DNA of 64,000 nucleotides from the human T2T-CHM13v2.0 reference genome, Homo sapiens. The DNA lies in assembly GCF_009914755.1 (NCBI RefSeq), contig NC_060929.1. One strand, given 5' to 3'. The position numbers were made by a program, and so were the translations under genes. Positions 56,478-64,000 of the stretch are shown one piece after another. The notes beneath the pieces are model-generated. The model had not been told where the DNA came from. It saw only the letters and a program-made list of their open reading frames with translations, and did no database searches. Within the stretch, counting starts at the first letter, position 1; each line of letters starts with the position of its first letter.

Positions 56478-56692
56478 AAAAGTATTTATTGGCCTCTCAT
56501 TAGGTACCAGACACTGATACATGATTTTCATTCATTATCTCATTTAATGGCCACAGCAACTCTATAAAATAGCATTACATCCATTTCTAATTTGCAAGAA
56601 GAAAATGGGAGCAAAGAAAATTAAGTAACTTTCCCAAGACAAAAAGAGGGTTGAGCTTGGCTTCAGAACCCACTCCAAATTCTCCTCCACAC
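56478..56692 (-). mobile_element. MIR SINE
   Basis: tatttattgg...attatctcatttaat...cacagcaactcta...ttaagtaactttcccaagac. Confidence 0.75.
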
Positions 56693-57835
56693 AATTTTAG
56701 TTCAAACCACTGGGGAGGGAAATGGCCCCGGGCAATGACTTTTAGAAGGCAGAGGAAGCATGTTAATACTTAGACTTACCTCTACGCCATATCCTGTTCT
56801 TAGCTGTAAAACTCAAATCTCATCACTTTACTTAGTGAAACCTATCGATGGCTTCAATATTCATCCCAGACTCGTTAGAAAGATAACTAAAGCCCCTTAG
56901 CATTGGATTGAAGCTTTTCTCCTCAGCCCTCTGGAATCACTGGAATTTTTTCAAAAGTATTTTGCAAATATTATTCAATTTCTAGCTGAAATGGCTTCTT
57001 TCTCACCCCAAGTCTGCTCCTAGGGAAGAAAGAATACAGCTCTCCTAATTGACTCTCTGGAGCCAGTTAAAACCTTATCTTCTCATAAAAATTCTCTCTG
57101 TTAGGTTCCCACCTCCCAATAACCCAAACTGAGTTAGGCTCTTCATCTCTGCTTTTCCAAACATCCTGGGCCTACCTTTCATTATAACCATGATTCACAA
57201 CTAATTAATAAAATTGCTCTGGTTTCTCTGGGAATTCCTTCTCATTTCTCTGTTTTCCTCCAATGTCCATTGGCAGTTAGGGGTAGCATCTGGGCTCAGA
57301 GATTCTTTCTTGGCTCATAGGGTTTGGTGCATGTGAGTGTAAAACAGGATGTCTCTGGAGACAGAGAGCCAGGTTGGATGGTTAAAAGTTTCTCTATCTG
57401 AGTTTGAAGGAGAGGCTGGCATCTCCTAGAGAGACTGCATATGCCAATGAACTCTGGTTCCTACTGGCAGAGGCCACTGGTAAGAGGAGTCTGAACCTTA
57501 GAAACTGTCTCCCTGTCTGGAGGTAGAGATACTTACCTTGTAGTCCTACAACCTCTTTCAAAATGTGTATTCTAGCCTTATGGCTATGTAAAAATATACT
57601 GAATACACATTTCTTCATCTTAGCTCTGATATCTGGCTACTTTTTCTTTCTTGTGAGATCCTCAGTCCCCTTCCTCCTCAAGGCATCCCCACATATAGCC
57701 CTTCTAGCCCATATTGTCACCCAGCTTCACCCTAAAATCCTCCACTTAGGCCAGCCTTCTGGTGCAAAATTTCCCATACCCAGAAACCTCTTGAATTGGT
57801 CATTATCATAGAAGAAATTAAGTCTCACGTTTTAA

Positions 57836-58087
<252 letters not shown>

Positions 58088-58278
58088 TAAAAAAAGAAAA
58101 AAATGTGAGGTCAGGAGTTCAACACCAGCCTGGCCAACTTGGTGAAACCCAATCTCTACTAAAAATACAAAAAAAAAAGCCAGGTATGGTGGCAGACGCC
58201 TGTATTCCCAGCTACTTGGGAGGTTGAGGCAGGAGAATCAGTTGAACCTGGGAAGTGGAGGTTGGAGTGAGCCAACAT

Positions 58279-58390
58279 TGAGAGGTGACAGCGTGCTGGT
58301 AGTCCTCGCCCCTATCCAGCAGGAAGTAGCTAGAGTGGTCATCGGCCAAATTCCCAACAGCAGTTGGGGTGTCCTGTTTAGAGGGGGGAT
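58279..58390 (+). mobile_element. 5' LTR12 stub (29 bp) joined to HERV9 internal 3' end and polypurine tract
   Basis: tgagaggtgacagcgtgctggtagtcctc, then gcccctatccagcaggaagtagctagag...tttagaggggggat directly before the full LTR. Confidence 0.85.
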
Positions 58391-59927
58391 TGAGAGGTGA
58401 CAGCGTGCTGGCAGTCCTCACAGTGCTCACTGGCTCTTGGCGCCTCCTCTGCCTGGGCTCCCACTTTAGTGGCACTTGAGGAGCCCTTCAGCCCACTGCT
58501 GCACTGTGGGAGCCCCTTTCTGGGCTGGTCAAGGCCGGAGCCCACTCCCTCAGCTTGCAGGGAGGTGTGGAGGGAGAGGCACCAGTGGGAACCGGGGCTG
58601 CGTGCAGCGCTTGCGGGCCAGCTGGAGTTCCGGGTGGGCGTGGGCTTGGCGGGCCCTGCACTCGGAGCAGCCAGCCGGCCTGGCCAGCCCTGCCGGCCCC
58701 GGGCAGTGAGGGGCTTAGCACCCGGGCCAGCAGCTGCGGAGGGTGAACTGGGTCCCCCAGCAGTGCCAGCCCACCAGCGCTGCACTCAATTTCTCGCGGG
58801 GCCTTAGCTGCCTTCCCGTGGGGCAGGGCTCGGGACCTGCAGCCTGCCATGCCTGAGCCTCCCACCCCCTCCGTGGGCTCCTGTGTGGCCCGAGCCTCCT
58901 CAACAAGCACCGCCCCCTGCTCCAGGGCGCCCAGTCCCATCGACCACCCAAGGGCTGAGGAGTGCAGGCCCACGGAGCGGGACTGGCAGGCAGCTCCACC
59001 TGCAGCCCCAGTGCGGGATCCACTGGGTGAAGCCAGCTGAGCTCCTGAGTCTGGTGGGGCCTTGGAGAACCTTTATGTCTAGCTCAGGGATTGTAAATAC
59101 ACCAGTTGGCACTCTGTCTCTAGCTCAAGGTTTGTAAACACACCAATCAGCACCTTGTGTCTAGCTCAGGGTTTGTGAGTGCACCAATCGACACTCTGTA
59201 TCTAGCTACTCTGGTGGGGCCTTGGAGAACATTTATGTCTGGCTCAGGGTTTGTGAATGCATCAATCGACACTCTGTATCTAGCTACTCTGGTGGGGACG
59301 TGGAGAACCTTTATGTCTAGCTCAGGGATTGTAAATACACCAATCGGCACTCTGTCTCTAGCTCAAGGTTTGTAAACACACCAATCAGCACCCTGTGTCT
59401 AGCTCAGGGTTTGTGAATGCACCAATCAACACTCTCTATCTAGCTACTCTGGTGGGGCCTTGGAGAACCTTTGTGTCCACACTCTGTATCTAGTGGGGAC
59501 GTGGAGAACCTTTGTGTCTAGCTCAGGGATTGTAAATGCACCAATCAGCACCCTGTCAAAACAGACCACTTGGCTCTACCAGTCAGCAGGATGTGGGTGG
59601 GGCCAGATAAGAGAATAAAAGCAGGCTGCCCGAGTCAGCAGTGGCAACCCACTCGGGTCCCCTTCCACACTGTGGAAGCTTTGTTCTTTCGCTCTTTGCA
59701 ATAAATCTTGCTACTGCTCACTCTTTGGGTCCACGCTGCTTTTATGAGCTGTAACACTCACCACAAAGGTCTGCAGCTTCACTCCTGAAGCCAGCGAGAC
59801 CAGGAGCCCACCGGGAGGAACGAACAACTCCAGACGCGCCACCTTAAGAGCTGTAACACTCACTGCGAGGGTCCGCGGCTTCATTCTTGAAGTCAGTGAG
59901 ACCAAGAACCCACCGATTCCGGACACA
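58391..59927 (+). mobile_element. LTR12C (HERV9 LTR), full length
   Basis: TG...CA termini (tgagaggtgacagcg...ccggacaca), GC-rich U3, tandem ctagctcaggg/ccaatc repeats; 4-bp TSD ACAT at 58275-58278 and 59928-59931. Confidence 0.96.
59050..59650 (+). promoter_or_regulatory. LTR12 U3 enhancer repeats and promoter
   Basis: Six intact CCAAT boxes in tandem units, GT box gggtgggg, GATA agataa, TATA-equivalent AATAAA at 59614-59619; activity at this copy unknown. Confidence 0.65.
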
Positions 59928-61253
59928 ACATCATGCCACTGCATTCCAGCCTGGGCAACAAGGCGAGACTCTATCTCAAAAAAAAAAAAAAAAGGAAAGA
60001 AAGGAAAGGAAAGGAAAAGGAAAAAGAAAAGGAAAAAGAAAAGAGAAGAGAAAAGAAAAGAAAAGAAAAAAGAAAAGAAAAAATGTCTAGAGACAGGGTA
60101 CCACTATGTTGCCCAGGCCAGTCTCAAATTCCTGGGCTTAAGCCATCCTCCTGCTTCAGCTTCCCAAAGTGCTGGGATTGCAGGCATAAACCACAATGCC
60201 TGGCCCTGTTTTCCTTATGTTTAGTTAATTAAAAAACAAACAACTTTTTATGACTCAATTTCTTTTGCTCACACCCCCTATATTCTGTTTTTGTTTTCTT
60301 CTCTTTACTATTTTTTTAATCTTTCAGATATTCTTCTTTTCAGGTCTTTCATCATTTACCTTTTATCGGTCAGTTTCCTTTTAATAGGTCACTACTAAAT
60401 GCCCTAATTGGCAATTTAATTTGTTTTATAACAAAAAAATTGACATTTGATACATATTCATTAAGAGAATAGACACTGTTACCATGAGGCCTTACATTTC
60501 CCTAAATCTAATCATATCCTAAAATTATTCAAGTGTCACGTGTTTTGTTGAAGATTGTTTTTAGGTTTGATCTAAAATATTTCCTTATATAAAGGGTTTT
60601 TTGGGAAGAGAAAGCACCAGTGAGTAGGAGCCAAGATTCTGGTTTAACATTTCATGATTTGGGACCCCAAATGAATGAACAATTGGTTTATTACAAGATA
60701 AATAGAACAATCCCAAACTAAGTATAGTTTTGTTTTGTTTTCTGGGCCTTTTTTACATTTCCCCAGTTCACTGATAGAATTTTCTTCCTCCTGGTCACCT
60801 TTCTTATGTTGACATATGGTGGAATCCTCCATAAATATTAGTTATCAAATTAAAAGAATCACTTCTTTAACACTCTTGTTAGGTGGGAGAATGGTTGAAT
60901 GTTGCATTTTTTTCTTATACAGAGGCGACAACAATAACCAGTCTTTAAGATTTTAAGAATAATGGAACTGATCCATTTATAGCTGAGTGCCTCATTCTCC
61001 TTTTAATCTGTAGTACATGTACAAAGTTAAAAACTTTATAAGACACTCGACTAGCCTAGTATCACAGAGTAAGTATAAATTCTGGGATTAGTTCCATATC
61101 CTTGATCTCATTCGCTTTTTTCCTTTAGTTTTCATAACTGAGATATCATGGCAGAAGGAGAAAGAATTAGATCAATTTCAGGAGAACGAGATTATAGTTC
61201 TGATTCTACTTCTAACACAGAGTGAAGTGGTGTTTAGGTCACTAAATCTTGTA

Positions 61254-61579
61254 CAGTTGTCCATCAGTATCTGCAAGCATTTGGTTCCAGGACCCCCTGA
61301 GGATACCAAAATCCATGGATACCAAAATCCTTTATACAAAACAGCATGGTATTTGTATAAAACCTGTACACAGCCACCCATATACTTTAGCTCATCTCTA
61401 GATGACTCATAATACGTAATACCACATTACTGCTACATAATAGTTCTTTTACTGTATTTTTACTTGTATTATTTTTTATTGATATATTGTTATTTTTTAA
61501 ATATTGTTATGTTGTTGTTTTTAAAAACATTTTGAACCCACAGCTGTTGCATCTGCAGACGTGGAACCCATGCCAACTG
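61254..61579 (+). mobile_element. MER2 (Tigger) MITE
   Basis: TA-cagttg...caactg-TA termini; ggttccaggacccc...ggataccaaaatcc...tcatctctagat. Confidence 0.88.
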
Positions 61580-61674
61580 TACTTGGTATTCTTATCTGTA
61601 AGATGGTTTCGACAAGAGTGTTTCTTAAGATGCCCAAATGTTATGGTCATCAGAATTCTGTTAAGTATAACTAG

Positions 61675-62107
61675 TGATATGGTTTGGATCTGTGTCCCTA
61701 TCAAATCTCATGTTGAATTGCAATCTCCAGTGTTGGAGGTGGGGCCTGGTGGGAGGTGACTGGATAGTGAGGGTGCAGTTCTCACAAATGGTTTACCACC
61801 ATCCCCTCAGTGCTATTCTTGTGATAGTTAGGAAGTGAATACTCATGAGATCTGGCTGTTTTGAAAGCGTGTAGCACCTCCCCGCTCTCTCTCATCCTCC
61901 TACTCCATCCATGTGAAGTGCCAGCTTCCCCCTTGCCTTCTGCCATGATTAGAAGTTTTCTGAGGCCCTGTCAGAAGCTGAGCAGATGCTGGTATTATGC
62001 TTCCTGTACAGCATGCAGAACAGTAAGTTAATTAAACCTCTTTTCTTTATAAATTACCCAGTCTCAGGTATTTCTTTATAGGAGTGTGAGAACAGACTAA
62101 TAATACA
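61675..62107 (+). mobile_element. MSTA (MaLR) solo LTR
   Basis: tgatatggtttggatctgtgtccc...ataaattacccagtctcaggtatttctttata...aca; 5-bp TSD actag (61670-61674, 62108-62112). Confidence 0.93.
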
Positions 62108-63171
62108 ACTAGTCAGTAGGCGCTTTCATTACAAATAGTCTTTTCATTTTCCATGATATCATGTTATGTCTGTAACATGTCAATTCTATCTGTTTATTTA
62201 AGCCTAAACATGAGTGAAGGGAAGGAGAAAAGAAAGAAGGAGGGAGAGTTTATGAATAATCTAAAACATAAAGCATGAGAAAATTGACCTGATGGCAAGG
62301 TTTTGAATGCAATGTTATAATTTCATAATATAGGTTTTCAGAAGATAAATAAGTAAAATGTTTTCTTATATTGTCATACAGTCTTACGACAAAAAATGTG
62401 TCTGCTCTCAGAATCTTTCAGTGTCCATCTTAAAAGGATATTGGATGTAACCTCAATGTTATTTGAATTTTGTCTCCAAATAATAACTGAGGATTACTGT
62501 CATGTTTAAGAAAAATTTGCTGATAGGTTGATCTATCCTGATTTGAAGAAAAGTATAAATTAAAATCCTGAGTGAATTATAATCTGATCTCAATGCCAAT
62601 TCCTTTACCTGTATTTCATGTAAAATTAAGAAAGATGATAAAGAATCTCATTAGTTCTGCCTAAAACAAAAGCACTGTAGTAATATAGTGTACCATTAGA
62701 AAATTCTTCCATCAAACATTGTTTAATTTTATGAGCCTAAAGGATTAGAAGGTACCATTAAAAAAATCCCTTGAATAACCTTACTGTATGCACGTAGGGA
62801 CTCAAAGCCCCAAAGGGTTATATGATTCTATATGCCAGTAACTTGTGCATAATTTGCAATCCGGAAATTCATAAGAATGTCATAAAATATTGAATGAATC
62901 ATGGCTTATGAGTGTGGAAAAGGGGATAGTATGGAGTAAGAAAGAAGAAACGAGAGAAAGATCTTCACAATTAAAGTTGATTGTATCTACTTAGGTGATA
63001 ATCTAGAACAAGGTCAACCACAAATTTAAATCTGAGTGGCATGATAGAAATTTAAAAGTCTCCATAAAAGGGCCTCAGATATGTCTCATACATGACATAT
63101 GACTAGAAAACCACAAATAAAAAATCATAAAATGTAGGTAGGTTTAAGTTAATGTTAAGTTTATGTTAATT

Positions 63172-63400
63172 TAACGAACATTTATTCAGTAACTAGTTTG
63201 CTGGGCCGTCTTCTAAACGTTTTATATGAAATCAATTCATTTGTTAAACTCTATGTAGTATATATCAATATTCTTATTTTACATGGGAGGAAACAGTCTC
63301 AAATGCTGAATTAATTTGCACAAGGTCATTGCAAAATGGTGATGCACAAGTCTGCTAGTTCTAGTTCCCAAATCCTTTTTATTATAAAGTGCTACACTGT
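63172..63400 (-). mobile_element. MIR SINE
   Basis: aacatttattcag...attcttattttacatgggaggaaacag...aatttgcacaaggtca. Confidence 0.7.
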
Positions 63401-63599
63401 ATGAGGATGTGGAGTAGCAAAACTTCACAGAGTCTGATACAGAGTCAGTCACCAGCCAGCTGTGCTGTGTCATTACATCATCTAAACTTCTGAGCTTCCT
63501 CCTACTCATTTATAGAATGAACAGTGGGGAATTAGGCAGCAATGCCAGCCACTGCTGACCTATTCACCTTGTAGTGAAGGCCTCACTACGTAAAATGAC

Positions 63600-64000
63600 A
63601 ACAACAACAAAAGATCAGAAAAGAAAGAAGTTTAAGGATTAAAATAAAAATTGCAATTTTTCCAGACTACTTACTTATCTTTCAAAAAAAATACAAGAGA
63701 ACTTAAAGGATATATTTAATAACTGGGCTGACCTTTTTAATTAGTTTAACGCATTATGTTAAAATTAATTTAAAAGGTCAATGTATTAAACTAATTAAAA
63801 TATGTTAAAACTAATTAGAAAGGTCAGCCCAGTTGTTAAATATATTTTAAAATTAATAGCATTCATACAGACCAGCAAAAAACCAATTAGAAAATGTGAA
63901 AGGTAAAAAAATGTAACATTAGCAATTAGCAGTGAAAACTAGGAACAGACCTAAGAAACTGCAAGAGCTTTATACAAAAACTACACAATATTCTTGAGAG
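63600..64000 (+). mobile_element. Old L1M ORF2 fragment interrupted by a palindrome
   Basis: aattaatagcattcatacagaccagcaa...caattagaaaatg...ctaggaacagaccta...gcaagagctttatacaaaaactac. Confidence 0.65.
63710..63845. repeat. Near-perfect 38-bp inverted repeat with 60-bp spacer
   Basis: atatatttaataactgggctgacctttttaattagttt (63710-63747) vs aaactaattagaaaggtcagcccagttgttaaatatat (63808-63845), 36/38 complementary. Confidence 0.95.

Larger units (their letters stand above)
58107..60072 (+). mobile_element. 5'-truncated AluS nested in the AluJ linker, itself split by LTR12
   Basis: gaggtcaggagttc...gtgagccaacat, then resumes catgccactgcattccagcctgggc; tail expanded into (AAAAG)n; TSD aaaagaaaaa(a)atgt. 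Confidence 0.9.

Noticed and set aside
56774-57585. Strong minus-strand donors (gag|gtaagt at 56780, aag|gtaagt at 57537)
   Set aside because: In or near decayed repeats; such motifs are expected by chance in 64 kb and give no coherent gene model
58378-59137. Cluster of overlapping 60-161 aa ORFs
   Set aside because: All lie in the GC-rich, stop-poor U3 of LTR12C on both strands; typical spurious ORFs
59050-59560. CRISPR-like periodic repeats
   Set aside because: Tandem enhancer units of LTR12 U3 without unique spacers, in human DNA
59887-60232. Lys/Glu-rich ORFs
   Set aside because: Translation of the Alu A-tail/(AAAAG)n and Alu arms

Overview
Human (AluYb8-bearing) AT-rich, repeat-dense non-coding DNA, intronic or intergenic. 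No protein-coding gene, tRNA or rRNA is supported, and the ORF track is explained by repeats and chance. The window holds about eight Alu/FLAM copies, young L1PA 3' ends, old L1M/L2/L3/MIR relics, DNA-transposon MITEs, MaLR/ERVL LTRs, a decayed LTR16A/HERV16-type provirus with recognisable RT motifs, and an AluJ>AluS>LTR12C nest. In that nest the ERV9 insert is an internally deleted provirus, not a solo LTR. The most unusual non-repeat signal is at 43.6-46.0 kb: two interleaved long inverted repeats (about 150 bp, and about 70 bp with a 37/38 core), a competing local hairpin and a templated patchwork insertion. A near-perfect 38-bp hairpin carrying three NR4A sites lies at 63.7 kb. Repeat subfamily names come from recalled consensus sequences, and boundaries of old elements are approximate.
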